Shown here: in pieces, positions 9,897 to 20,122 of the stretch
Numbering within the stretch: the stretch's first letter is position 1
How the letters are laid out: each line of letters begins with the position of its first letter
Origin: an uncultured Candidatus Saccharibacteria bacterium
GTDB taxonomy: Bacteria; Patescibacteriota; Minisyncoccia; Phycocordibacterales; PALSA-1337
Direction: 5' to 3'
DNA length: 64,000 nucleotides
NCBI GenBank assembly: GCA_964358005.1
Contig: CAYHNH010000001.1
Span: 11,625 to 75,624 of the forward strand
Notes under the pieces: model-generated
What the model was told of the DNA's origin: nothing
The model's input: the letters and a program-made list of their open reading frames with translations, nothing else
The model's database searches: none
Position numbers and translations under genes: made by a program

Positions 9897-11840
9897 TCAT
9901 CTCCCGGGCGCCACCACTTCGTCGCCCGACCGGAATATAGGGTCGCTGCTAAAGCTCGTCGTGAGATAGCCCTGGTTGCTCTCCACCTTGGACTTCGTCC
10001 ACATATCCTTGCCTGTGAAATAGGCTTGATTGATCAGGATCGGAGCCGTTCCTATCTGATTTACAGAGGGCTCCAACGACACCTGGAACTGCACCTCTCT
10101 CTTCGTGCCCGTCCCTGAAGTGAACGGTTCGACACTACCGACATGCCAAGTCACTACTCCGGTGTTCTTTTCGAATGAGATATTCTCGCCGCTAGGGCTT
10201 ATCTGCCCCGTCCAGCTCACTTGAGGAGGCAGCGTTGCTGTGACGATGGCCTCAGATATGGCGTTCGATGTGTTGTCCACGCTCCAATTGACTGTGTACG
10301 TCGTCTTCTGCTCGGCTACCGGCGGTATCGGACCGGTGTTAGCGATCGGGCCACTGCGAGTGATGCGTCCCTTAAGCGAGGCTGATGTGACCACTTTAAC
10401 CTTTCTGACTATGGATCCTGTATTCAAAAGCACTTTGTTCGAGCTCGTCCGATCGCCCGAAGCCGAGCCTGATATGGTTATCTCTGGATTTAGGATATGC
10501 GTGTCCGAGCCCTGGCTCTCCGACGGCGTTATCGAGAAGCTCAAGGTGCCGCTTCCGCCAGCGGAGAGAGAGGCAAGCTCCGGATTCGTCCTCTGATCCC
10601 AGACTATGTCATTGGTGGAAGACCTGTAATAGCCGGTCCAGGCCGATACGTTGTTCTTGTCATAGGCCGAGCCAGCCAAGTGAGCAGCTATCTCCACATT
10701 CGAGAGGGTCTCGGGCAGATTGTTGGCCCAGCGGAGATTTACGGTCAAGGAGCGTCCGATATTGCCCACATGATCGCCGATGGAAGAGTCGTTATCTATA
10801 TCTATCGCTATCGAGATGAAAGGTTTTTCGATGGTCAGAACCTGCTCGGTCTCCAGGAATGTAGTACCTATCATCGTCGGGTTCGAAGGACTCCTAGCTC
10901 CTACGTTGAAATGGAAGACCTTGAGATCGCTGTCCTCCCCGGTGAGGGCGCCTTTTATGCTTATCTTGCGCTCGCCACCAGGCGGTATGTCGCCGATCGA
11001 CCATACATTGCCGTCCCCAGTGAGAGGTTGCGGCACAGAGCTCTTGAAGACATAGCCGAACGGATATGTCGCGCGCATGATCACATTCTTGACCGTATTT
11101 GTGGAATTGGATTTGATGCTGACATTCATGTCGAAGGTCTGTCCTGATATGGCCTCCTCAAGCGAGGAGACGGACATGACCACAGGAGACGCGTTCACGA
11201 CCACGTCGTAACTGGATTCCTTGGTAAAGACGGAATTCGAGCCAGCTATGCCATATGTGACATCCGCGATTATCTTCTTCTGGAGGTTCTGCTCGCCGAA
11301 GATCACCGCTTCCACAGTCTTGGTGACAGAGCCGCCAGATGGTATGTCGCCCAGCACTTCCCTGTACACCTCGAGAGACTGTGTGGTATCCGTTGGGTCA
11401 GTGGTGCCTGGAGGGAAACGCACAGCCAGATCAGCTGTCTTCAGGGCTACCGTATTCTTATTCCTGACAGTTATGGCGAAGGAGACAGGCGCTCCGCCCG
11501 GAACTGATACAGGTCCGCTGATATCTATCTCGATGTTATTGCCGGAAATGAAATTGGCGCCATTGAAGAATATGTACGCGCCTATGCCGACCGCGGCGAG
11601 GCAGAAAACGACTGAATATATGAGAAGCTTTGTAAAAAAAGACATGCCGTGATGGCCCTCTGCGGAAGCCGCATCCGAGGTAGATCCATCGATCGGTTCC
11701 TTCTCGTGCTCCCAATCGCGCTGAATATCCGAGGCTTCGTTCGTGATGCGGAACTTCCGGCGCGAGCGTATATCCGGGGCGCTCCGGCTATACAAGGATT
11801 GTTTCAAAGACTCGATGCGGTTCTTCTCTTCGGGCATCAT
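9897..11840 (-). CDS. Large single-TM surface protein with repeated beta-sandwich (DUF11/CARDB-like) domains
   Basis: One TM near the N-terminus; repeated W.IG.I.PG / VTATLP..V.W motifs. Confidence 0.7.
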   Translation of the reverse strand: MMPEEKNRIESLKQSLYSRSAPDIRSRRKFRITNEASDIQRDWEHEKEPIDGSTSDAASAEGHHGMSFFTKLLIYSVVFCLAAVGIGAYIFFNGANFISGNNIEIDISGPVSVPGGAPVSFAITVRNKNTVALKTADLAVRFPPGTTDPTDTTQSLEVYREVLGDIPSGGSVTKTVEAVIFGEQNLQKKIIADVTYGIAGSNSVFTKESSYDVVVNASPVVMSVSSLEEAISGQTFDMNVSIKSNSTNTVKNVIMRATYPFGYVFKSSVPQPLTGDGNVWSIGDIPPGGERKISIKGALTGEDSDLKVFHFNVGARSPSNPTMIGTTFLETEQVLTIEKPFISIAIDIDNDSSIGDHVGNIGRSLTVNLRWANNLPETLSNVEIAAHLAGSAYDKNNVSAWTGYYRSSTNDIVWDQRTNPELASLSAGGSGTLSFSITPSESQGSDTHILNPEITISGSASGDRTSSNKVLLNTGSIVRKVKVVTSASLKGRITRSGPIANTGPIPPVAEQKTTYTVNWSVDNTSNAISEAIVTATLPPQVSWTGQISPSGENISFEKNTGVVTWHVGSVEPFTSGTGTKREVQFQVSLEPSVNQIGTAPILINQAYFTGKDMWTKSKVESNQGYLTTSFSSDPIFRSGDEVVAPGR

Positions 11841-11849
11841 TTAATTATA

Positions 11850-12431
11850 CTACAAATGGCTCTCCTTTAAGGCCTTATTGATGTGCTGATTGAGGGCGGC
11901 CCTTTTGACTGCGGCTTGCCCGAGGATTTCCCGAGTGAACTGACCGCGGCCAGCAAATTCGGCCAACGACGAATCGTCACCGATGTATCCCAGAAGGTCC
12001 AGCATCCTGAACACAGATAGCGACTCAAGAGCTCTCATTTCCTCGGCTGACAGGGCTGCGTTGCCCTTCAAAAATGCCGCCAGACTCTCAACAAGGTCGA
12101 ACAGCTCTGGGTGGGGTTCCTCTCCTTGCAACAATCTCCTCAAAAGCAAACTGACCCTGGCCAATATCTCTAAAGAGTCCTTCCCCTCTGCTACTAGCGG
12201 GCCATCTTGTGCGCTGGTCAGCCTCCATAGCTCTTTCCCCCGTACAAGCGAGAATATGCCCAAGGAATAATCCTGCGCAAAGTAGCGCAATTTTGATTTT
12301 TCCAGACGGATACCTTGAGCGACTGCCGATACAAGACCGAAATCCCTGGTGAATATGGATATCATCTTGCCCGCCTCTCCATATGGGCGCGAGTCTATGA
12401 TGAAACCGGGTGTAGTGTGTATGGCGTGCAT
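11850..12431 (-). CDS. recO: DNA repair protein RecO (short)
   Basis: GFII..RPYGEA, IFTRDFGLV.AVAQGIR..KSKLR OB-fold pattern. Confidence 0.85.
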   Translation of the reverse strand: MHAIHTTPGFIIDSRPYGEAGKMISIFTRDFGLVSAVAQGIRLEKSKLRYFAQDYSLGIFSLVRGKELWRLTSAQDGPLVAEGKDSLEILARVSLLLRRLLQGEEPHPELFDLVESLAAFLKGNAALSAEEMRALESLSVFRMLDLLGYIGDDSSLAEFAGRGQFTREILGQAAVKRAALNQHINKALKESHL

Positions 12432-12522
12432 GCCCCATATCATACATGGCTGCGACTACCTATGCATTTTGAGACATTTTTTGTCCCAAAACGTATAGGT
12501 ACATGTGAGAACTACTTCTTTG

Positions 12523-15500
12523 TCACGAAAGACCCTTGAGACCGAGTGTGTCGCCCCATTCAATCGCCGAAAGATTGGTCGTAGCTTTTATTTTATCCTC
12601 GTTTTTTTCAATCAAAGCTTTGAGGTCATGGGTCGCTACGAGTACAGCCCTGTCGCCTACCGACAAACCCTTCTCTTTGCGCATATCCTGTATCTTGCGC
12701 AGAAGCTCGCGCAGTTCGCCTTCTTCCTTGAGCTCGGGCGTGAGATTTAGATCGAGAACGGCTTCCTTTTCCTGAGATGCAGCCAAGACAACACTTTTTA
12801 CATTCACTTCATCCTTGATCAGCTCAACCATGTCATGACTCAAGTTGCTGAACTTCGCATCCCTGACCGACAATGAAGCAAGCGGCTGCCTGACATTTAT
12901 CTTGGCCGACATGCGGGCCTCCAGACCTAATGAACAGAATTGTCTGACCAACTCCATATCACTTAATATTTTCTCGTTGACAACACCTGCAACAGGCCAG
13001 CTCTCTAGATGGACACTCTCTAGATGTCCCGCCATTTTTTTGTACAGATCCTCAGCGAAGAACGGTGTAAACGGAGCCATGAGCTTTGCCAAAGTTGTCA
13101 GGACTTCGACCGATGTCAGCAAAGCAAACTGTTTGTCCAAACCCTCGGTTTTGAGACGTTCCCTTGAACGCCTTACATACCACTGTGACAAATCAGCAAC
13201 ATAATCCCGGATTGCTCTAGTTGGTTCAAGCAAAACATATCTATCCAGAGACTCGGTGATCGTATGTACCAATTCATTTGTACGACTCATAATCCACAGA
13301 TCAAGCACATTTTTAGTTTTTTCCTCTGTGAAGCACTCCGTCTTTCCTGAATTCATTTCGTAAAATGAGTAAATATTAGAGACAAGATTGAAGACCTTCT
13401 TCACGATCTCATCCACAGTCTTCTCGTCGAAGTTCTTCGACTCGCCGGCTTCGTTCACCGAATACATCCAGAATCGAAGGGCGTCAGCGCCATACTTATC
13501 CATCATAGCCCACGGATCAATCACGTTGCCGATCGACTTGGACATCTTTTTACCTTCCGCATCACGCATATGTCCGAGGCAGACAACATTCCTAAAGGCC
13601 TTGCCCTTGCCCAAGAGCGCACCTATGGCATGGAGCGTATAGAACCAGCCGCGAGTCTGGTCAATGGCCTCCGATATGAAGTCAGCCGGATATGCCAGTT
13701 TCCTGCCACCAAAAAACTTCTTCGGGAAGGCGAAGGGGTAATGATCCTGAGCGAAAGGCATGGCCCCCGAATCGAACCAGACGTCCATGACCTCCTTAAC
13801 ACGCGACATCTCACCCCCGCAGGAGCAGGCTAGTTTCACCTCGTCTATGAACGGCCGATGCAGATCAAGCTCATACTCGGAGTTGTGTGGCAGGATACTA
13901 AGGTCTAGCTTGCGAGCCTCGGCTTTATGTATGTAGTTGCTAGCTTCGTAGTCGTTAGTCTGTCTGCGGTCGAGTCCTTGCGCGACTGCCATGAGCATCA
14001 TCGAAGGAGAGCCGTGCGATACTATCAATATCTTCTTGCCCTCATATCTCTTTTCCAGGTCGTACAAGAAATCTCCGACGCGCTTTTTCACCTCCACATA
14101 AGTTTCCACGCCATCAGCGTTCGGCTCAAAACGATTGCTGGCCTCTCCCTGCGGGAAGACTTTCAGGAATGAATCCAGATCCTTACCGCTCCAACTGCCG
14201 AATCCTAGCTCGCGCAGGCGGTCATCGAAGGCGACATCTGCTTCCTCCAAACCTATCGTCTTCCGAACGATCTCTGTTGTCTCTCTGGTGCGAACGAACG
14301 GCGAAGACACTATCATGTCGAAACCGACGCTCTTGAGAGACGTAGCTGTCTCGAGAGCGTGAGCCTTGCCCTTTTCAGTCAGATGGAATGGGGCGACAGG
14401 ATCGCTCGTGACTATTTTACCCACGTTATTCCCGGCTTCCCCATGTCGCATTATGTAGTATGTGTTTTTCGGCTTTGCCGAAACATCGGCCACTGATCCT
14501 ACGGTCTTCCGCTCGCCACATTTGTCGCACACCCAGACCGGCAGCGGCGTGCCCCAATAGCGCTCGCGTGAGATCGCCCAGTCCTTGACCTCGCGGAGCC
14601 ATTCGCCAAAACGGCCCTCTTTTATGTGAGCCGGCTCCCAGTTGATGCTCTCATTCTCCCTGACAAGCTCCTTACGTAGGCTCGACATCCTGATGTACCA
14701 GCTGTCGCGCGCAAAATATATGAGCGGCGTCTTACAGCGCCAGCAGAATGGATATGTATGTTCGTATTTCTCCTTGTGAAAAAGCAGCCCGCGACCAGCG
14801 AGATCCTTTATAATCGCCACGTCCGTCGCTTCATCTTTGACAAAAGCTCCAGCTAGGAATCCCGCCTCTTTCTTGAAGGTCCCATCATCATTGACCAGAT
14901 GATATTTCGGCAGTCCTACCTTCGTGCCTAGCTCAAAGTCATCCTGGCCGTACATGACCGCGGTATGCACTATGCCCGTACCGTCGGTCGTCGTGACGAA
15001 GTCAGCCGCATAGACTTTGTAGGCATTCTTAAGCTTCTCCTTTTCAGTACCTGATATGTTGTCGCGCAGGAATGGGTAAAGCGGCTCGTATTGTAATCCG
15101 ACGAGATCGCTACCTTTGAGGTCTCCGTGAACGATTTCTACAGTGTGGCCTTTCAGAACTGTATCCATCCTGGATTTCGCCATGATCAACAATTCTGGAA
15201 TACCATCGATTCGGACAGCGCAATATTCAACGTTCTCTCCAATTGCCAATCCGACGTTTCCAGGTAGCGTCCAAGGAGTCGTCGTCCAGGCCAAGATGTA
15301 GGCTGAGTCACGAGTCACGTAATCTTTTCCGAATTTTTGGCCGGCCTTCAGATGAAACTTCACTGTCACCGCCAGATCCTTCACGTCCGCATAGCCCTGC
15401 GCGAGCTCGTGCGACGACAAACCTGTGCCACAGCGCGGACACCAGGGCACGACTTTGTAGTCCTTATACAAAAGGCCCTTGTCATCGACGGTCTTCACTA

Positions 15501-15975
15501 TATTCCAAAGCGACTCTATGTATTCCGGCTTATAGGTAATGTAGGGATCCTTGAGGTCCACCCAATATCCAATGCGCTTAGTGAAATCCTCCCACTCGCG
15601 CACGTAAGTCCAGACGCTCTCCTTACATTTCTCATTGAAAGCCGCGATGCCATAGCTCTCGATGTCTTTTTTTGACTTAAAGCCGAGCTGTTTTTCTACT
15701 TGGAGCTCGACTGGCAGACCGTGAGTATCCCAGCCGCCTTTCCTACGGACATTGAAACCGCGCATGGTCTTGTAGCGTGGGATGGCATCCTTGAAAGCTC
15801 GGGCCTCGAGATGATGTATGCCCGGTCGGCCGTTGGCCGTCGGCGGGCCCTCATAAAAAACGAATTCTTTTTTTGAATCCTTATTCTTCTCCAGGGATTT
15901 CTCGAAAATTCCTTTGTCATTCCAGAATTTCAGAATCCGCTCTTCCCTGAGCGCGTGTTGGCTCTTTTCTGCCAT
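12523..15975 (-). CDS. ileS: Isoleucine--tRNA ligase (type 2) with inserted histidine-phosphatase domain
   Basis: EGPPTANGRPGIHH, GWDTHGLPVE, WTTTPWTLP, WAISRERYWGTP, KMSKS; insert with RHGE...SHG. Confidence 0.95.
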   Translation of the reverse strand: MAEKSQHALREERILKFWNDKGIFEKSLEKNKDSKKEFVFYEGPPTANGRPGIHHLEARAFKDAIPRYKTMRGFNVRRKGGWDTHGLPVELQVEKQLGFKSKKDIESYGIAAFNEKCKESVWTYVREWEDFTKRIGYWVDLKDPYITYKPEYIESLWNIVKTVDDKGLLYKDYKVVPWCPRCGTGLSSHELAQGYADVKDLAVTVKFHLKAGQKFGKDYVTRDSAYILAWTTTPWTLPGNVGLAIGENVEYCAVRIDGIPELLIMAKSRMDTVLKGHTVEIVHGDLKGSDLVGLQYEPLYPFLRDNISGTEKEKLKNAYKVYAADFVTTTDGTGIVHTAVMYGQDDFELGTKVGLPKYHLVNDDGTFKKEAGFLAGAFVKDEATDVAIIKDLAGRGLLFHKEKYEHTYPFCWRCKTPLIYFARDSWYIRMSSLRKELVRENESINWEPAHIKEGRFGEWLREVKDWAISRERYWGTPLPVWVCDKCGERKTVGSVADVSAKPKNTYYIMRHGEAGNNVGKIVTSDPVAPFHLTEKGKAHALETATSLKSVGFDMIVSSPFVRTRETTEIVRKTIGLEEADVAFDDRLRELGFGSWSGKDLDSFLKVFPQGEASNRFEPNADGVETYVEVKKRVGDFLYDLEKRYEGKKILIVSHGSPSMMLMAVAQGLDRRQTNDYEASNYIHKAEARKLDLSILPHNSEYELDLHRPFIDEVKLACSCGGEMSRVKEVMDVWFDSGAMPFAQDHYPFAFPKKFFGGRKLAYPADFISEAIDQTRGWFYTLHAIGALLGKGKAFRNVVCLGHMRDAEGKKMSKSIGNVIDPWAMMDKYGADALRFWMYSVNEAGESKNFDEKTVDEIVKKVFNLVSNIYSFYEMNSGKTECFTEEKTKNVLDLWIMSRTNELVHTITESLDRYVLLEPTRAIRDYVADLSQWYVRRSRERLKTEGLDKQFALLTSVEVLTTLAKLMAPFTPFFAEDLYKKMAGHLESVHLESWPVAGVVNEKILSDMELVRQFCSLGLEARMSAKINVRQPLASLSVRDAKFSNLSHDMVELIKDEVNVKSVVLAASQEKEAVLDLNLTPELKEEGELRELLRKIQDMRKEKGLSVGDRAVLVATHDLKALIEKNEDKIKATTNLSAIEWGDTLGLKGLS

Positions 15976-15996
15976 GATGAGACCTATTCTAGCGCA

Positions 15997-17703
15997 TTAC
16001 ATCCTTTGAGGCACTTTTATGCCGAGGAGCCAAAGGCCTTCGCTCATCGTCTTATAGAAGGCACGAGTCAGCGCGATCCTATACGGAGTCATGGGATCTT
16101 TCTCATCGACGATCTGCGTACCCGCATAAAAACCATTGAAGGCGCCAGCTAGATTTATGAGGTACCCTGCCACCTGTTGCGGCGAGAATTCCTGGGCGGC
16201 GCGGGCGGCAATATCCGGGAATCTGACGAGCAGACGCTCGAGCAAGCCGACTTCCTGAGGCCTCATGGGCGAACCGGACACGGTCGATATGCCTTTTGCC
16301 TTCTCGAGCACAGAATTAGCCCTAACAGTAGAGTACTGTAGATACGGTCCCGAATCGCCTTCGAACGAGATAGAGGCTACCGAGTCAAATATGATGTCAC
16401 TGCCGACAGACGACCGCAAAACCGTGTACTTGATGGCCGCAACAGCGATGATCTCCGCTATCTCTCCCGCTTCTGCCTCGGGATAGTCGCGCTCCTTCAT
16501 CTTCTCGAGCACCATGTCTTTGAGCTCACTGATCAAAGCATCCGCCGTTATGACATTACCCTTCCTCGATGACATCTTGCCGGAAGCGAATCGCATGACA
16601 CCGTGACCCTTGTAAAGCAGCTTCGGGCCATTCTTGGGATCCATCTCGGTCATGACCTTTGCCAGGACCCTGAAATAGTCCTTCTGTTCGTTGGCCGTCA
16701 CAATGATAGACAGATCAGTGTCTGGGTGATGCTCAAACTTGGTCATATTTAAACCGATCTCTTTTGCCTCATAGGTAGGCAAGCCTTTTGAGTTTATAAA
16801 GACTCGAGTGTGGAGGCCATGATCCTCGCCTTTGAACACGACGGCTCCCTCGCTTTCCACGAATACCTTCCCAATGTTCGCCTTTACCAGCTTGAGACCG
16901 ATCGGCGCCATATCGCTTTCATATATAGACTCATCGAAAGATGTCCCGAGCACCTTATAGAGCATGTCGAAGTGCTCGAGGCTCCAGCGTCTACCGGTCT
17001 CTGCAATGCGGACGACTTCCGGATCCGTTTTTTCGTATATAACCTGGTTCAAGGCGTCGATCTCCGACTTTGCCTTGGGATCTTCTTCGTATGTGTTCGT
17101 GCCCTCGACATACATCTTGCCCAGAAAAGCTGTCTTCTCCAGGACGGAGGCGCTTTCGAGAGGCATCTCACTTAGATGTTTCCTGACAGCCCAGACAGAC
17201 TTGGCAATGTGGAGGCCGACATCTGATGGGTAGCACATGCGGACGACTTTTGATCCCGTAAATTCAATCAGACGCGAGAATGATTCCCCGATCGCGTTCG
17301 ACATAATGTGGCCGATATGAAAAACTTTGAAAGTGTTCGGGTCGGTGTACTCGACGATGACCTTCCTCGGCGCTGTCGCCGAGCTTTCCTTCAGAGAACC
17401 GGCCTCCGATATCTGGACGACGCTCTTTGCTATCGCCGCAGACTTTATCTTGAAGTTGATAAAGCCATCACCGGCGATCTCGACGCTTTCCATCCATTCC
17501 GGCCCTGAATCCTTCAAAAATGCGATGATTTTCTCTGCCAAAGACTTCGGCGGCACCTTGAGCTGTTTCGCATATGCCAATGCGGCACTAGTCGAAAAAT
17601 CCCCACGCTCCGGGTTTTCGGGATATTCGAGCGAGATTTTGGCTCCTTTCACTCCCTGGGTCTCCAGAGCGGAAATGATCAGCCGAGTTAAGTCCCCTTT
17701 CAT
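15997..17703 (-). CDS. argS: Arginine--tRNA ligase
   Basis: EYTDPN...FHIGH, KMSSRKGN, GDSGPYLQYS, GLWLLGI..P.RM; TACAAT 7 nt before ATG 17703. Confidence 0.95.
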   Translation of the reverse strand: MKGDLTRLIISALETQGVKGAKISLEYPENPERGDFSTSAALAYAKQLKVPPKSLAEKIIAFLKDSGPEWMESVEIAGDGFINFKIKSAAIAKSVVQISEAGSLKESSATAPRKVIVEYTDPNTFKVFHIGHIMSNAIGESFSRLIEFTGSKVVRMCYPSDVGLHIAKSVWAVRKHLSEMPLESASVLEKTAFLGKMYVEGTNTYEEDPKAKSEIDALNQVIYEKTDPEVVRIAETGRRWSLEHFDMLYKVLGTSFDESIYESDMAPIGLKLVKANIGKVFVESEGAVVFKGEDHGLHTRVFINSKGLPTYEAKEIGLNMTKFEHHPDTDLSIIVTANEQKDYFRVLAKVMTEMDPKNGPKLLYKGHGVMRFASGKMSSRKGNVITADALISELKDMVLEKMKERDYPEAEAGEIAEIIAVAAIKYTVLRSSVGSDIIFDSVASISFEGDSGPYLQYSTVRANSVLEKAKGISTVSGSPMRPQEVGLLERLLVRFPDIAARAAQEFSPQQVAGYLINLAGAFNGFYAGTQIVDEKDPMTPYRIALTRAFYKTMSEGLWLLGIKVPQRM

Positions 17704-17740
17704 GAAAACCATTGTAACAGAGCCGCGCCTTGGCCGCCAT

Positions 17741-17922
17741 TTGACTTTTCCATAAAAGTAGTTTAATCTCCTATGCGGCGCGCTCGTTAAGGTGAGTTCG
17801 GCTTACTGAACTGCTCAGTGTTGCCGACACCCGCTCCCCACGGTGCTGAGGCTCCCTCCGCTCCAACGCCCACGCCGTGGGGAGCCCGCGCGACATCCAT
17901 CCGGACGTCGCGTTTTTCTTTT
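17741..17922 (+). ncRNA. Candidate small structured RNA with own promoter and terminator (family unknown)
   Basis: TTGACT-17-TAATCT; stems AGTTCGG/CTGAACT and GCTCCCCACGG/CCGTGGGGAGC; hairpin plus T-run; no long ORF. Confidence 0.5.
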
Positions 17923-17942
17923 ACCCAGCTCTACACATCTGT

Positions 17943-19142
17943 CTATCTGCTTTTCCTCAATATCTGATCTATCCTGTCAGCGATCTTTTTGAAATCCTTC
18001 TCTTTCCTGCCTCTGGTGGTCTCAGCAGCCGTCCCTAGGCGTATACCCGACGGATCCACTGGAGTGCGGCTGTCGAAAGGTATGGTGTTCTTGTTCACGA
18101 TGATGCCGTTCTTCTCCAGAACGTCGCTGGCAACCTTGCCCGGCACCCCACCTGCGCCTTTTTCATTCATGACATCGCTCATCCACGTATCCACCAGTAT
18201 GAGGTGCGAGTCCGTGCCCCCGGATATTATCCTCCAGCCGCGATTCTTCAATTCATCGGCAAGCACATGGGCATTCTTCACAACCTGAGCAGCGTATTTC
18301 TTGAACGCGACGCTATCCGCTTCCTTGAGGGCCACAGCCACGCTGGCGATCGCATTCAAGTGAGGCCCTCCCTGCAATCCGGGGAAGACCGCCTTGTCTA
18401 TCTTCTTGTCGAGCTCACGCGTGTCCTTCTTTGCGAAGATCATCGCCGATCGAGGGCCACGCAAAGTCTTGTGCGTAGTAGTGGTGACGACATCTGCATA
18501 TGGAAATGGGGATGGGTACGCTTCACCGGCCACGAGACCTGCAATGTGAGACATGTCTACCATGAGGATGGCGCCGGCCGCATCGGCTATGCTGCGCAAT
18601 CTTTCCCAGTCGATCCTGCGCGGATACGCGGTATAGCCTGCGACTATGACATTCGGACGTTCCCTCACGGCTAGTTCCAACATCTGGTCGTAATTTATGG
18701 TCTCGGTGACCGAATCTATGCCGTATGGTATCTGCGTCCAAATCTTGCCAGTGAATGAGACCTTGTGGCCATGGGTCAGGTGGCCACCGTGGTCGAGAGA
18801 CATACCCATGATCTTCCCACCTTGCGGGACCAAGGCCGCATACACAGCTAGGTTAGCTGGCGATCCCGAGAGAGGTTGGACATTCACGTGCCATTCGTCT
18901 GCGTTGAGTTTGAACAGCTTGAGGGCCCGCTCTATACAGAGCCTCTCTACCTTATCTACGACTTCATTACCCCCGTAGTAGCGCTTCCCCGCATAGCCCT
19001 CAGCGTACTTGTTCGTGAGCTCAGAGCCGAGAGCCTCCAGTACGTCCTTCGAGACATAGTTCTCGGACGCTATGAGGTTTATGACTTTCTTCTGCCGCTT
19101 CTTCTCCGTCTCTATGAGTTTTTTTATTTGGGTATCTTTCAT
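17943..19142 (-). CDS. glyA: Serine hydroxymethyltransferase
   Basis: LIASEN, NKYAEGY, GGHLTHG, TTTHKTLRGPR, SGIRLGT. Confidence 0.97.
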   Translation of the reverse strand: MKDTQIKKLIETEKKRQKKVINLIASENYVSKDVLEALGSELTNKYAEGYAGKRYYGGNEVVDKVERLCIERALKLFKLNADEWHVNVQPLSGSPANLAVYAALVPQGGKIMGMSLDHGGHLTHGHKVSFTGKIWTQIPYGIDSVTETINYDQMLELAVRERPNVIVAGYTAYPRRIDWERLRSIADAAGAILMVDMSHIAGLVAGEAYPSPFPYADVVTTTTHKTLRGPRSAMIFAKKDTRELDKKIDKAVFPGLQGGPHLNAIASVAVALKEADSVAFKKYAAQVVKNAHVLADELKNRGWRIISGGTDSHLILVDTWMSDVMNEKGAGGVPGKVASDVLEKNGIIVNKNTIPFDSRTPVDPSGIRLGTAAETTRGRKEKDFKKIADRIDQILRKSR

Positions 19143-19173
19143 TGTTACGGAAATTCTAGCATAAAAAGAAAAG

Positions 19174-19596
19174 CTACTTACCCGTGCTGCCAAATCTGCC
19201 GTGGCCGCGAGACGTTTGCGATAGTTCGGCCGCTTCTTCGAGCTCCGCTATGGCGACCGGGTAGATGACGAGCTGTGCCAGTTTATCCCCCTTGTTTATT
19301 TGGTATGACTCGCTACCAAGATTGACGAGATTGACGTTGTATTCGCCTCTGTATCCGGCATCATATACTCCGCCCATCGTATGGATACCCGCATTCTTGG
19401 GAAGGCTCCCTTTATCCTTCACTATCGCCGCATAGCCTGTCTCGAATTCGAGCGCAAAACCAAGGAAGAATATCCTGCGCTCGCCGGGCTTTAATAAGTA
19501 ATTCTCAATAGAGCAAAGATCCATGCCGACATCCCCTGGGTGCGCGTATTTCGGCAAGACGGCATCTGGCTTCATCTTTTGAATCTTTATCTTCAT
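19174..19596 (-). CDS. dut: dUTP diphosphatase
   Basis: GMDL, GVYDAGYRGE, GDKLAQLV, RGHGRFGSTG. Confidence 0.93.
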   Translation of the reverse strand: MKIKIQKMKPDAVLPKYAHPGDVGMDLCSIENYLLKPGERRIFFLGFALEFETGYAAIVKDKGSLPKNAGIHTMGGVYDAGYRGEYNVNLVNLGSESYQINKGDKLAQLVIYPVAIAELEEAAELSQTSRGHGRFGSTGK

Positions 19597-19665
19597 ACTA
19601 GTCATCTTATCATGATTGACTTATTCGGGGATAAGAGCATTATATTCCTAGAACCCCTCCCCAAA

Positions 19666-20064
19666 ATGAACCACATCATGATGATAACCGGGATTCATAC
19701 CCCGGAGGTGATTAATGTCCTTTTCGAAAATTTACCCAGGGCGGATGAGCTCATGAGGAAGCAGTGGATCGCTCTAAGCCACATCACCGATGCCCTGAAT
19801 GGCAAGCTTCACGAGCGCGGTATCCACATAACCGCGGCAATGGTGCTCGAAGCACTGAAGACCCTGCACGGCGATCACATGTTCTGGTCGAGCGCCCTCG
19901 AGCATTGCATCGACTCCGGCAATCTGCCCACCAAAATGGGAGCAGAGATCGTTATCCCGGCCGGTGATGCCAACCTGCTAAGGAGTATCATCCTGTGCAA
20001 CGCCATTACAGGCAGGTATGAGGTCCGTGAATTCCTGGCGGACGCCGCACCACCTGGCGAATGA
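19666..20064 (+). CDS. Orphan protein
   Basis: ORF between TTGACT (19616) and a terminator (20091-20122). Confidence 0.6.
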   Translation: MNHIMMITGIHTPEVINVLFENLPRADELMRKQWIALSHITDALNGKLHERGIHITAAMVLEALKTLHGDHMFWSSALEHCIDSGNLPTKMGAEIVIPAGDANLLRSIILCNAITGRYEVREFLADAAPPGE

Positions 20065-20090
20065 ATGCCCCACGCTATGCCCTCGAGCTT

Positions 20091-20122
20091 CCCCGCACCG
20101 ACCCTTCGGTACGGGGTTTTTT
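20091..20122 (+). terminator. Intrinsic terminator
   Basis: CCCCGcACCG/CGGTaCGGGG stem followed by TTTTTT. Confidence 0.7.

Noticed and set aside
17818-17885. SRP RNA or T-box/ZTP riboswitch identity for the 17.8-kb RNA
   Set aside because: Lacks the SRP CAGG..GNRA..AGCA core and the T-box or ZTP consensus on either strand.
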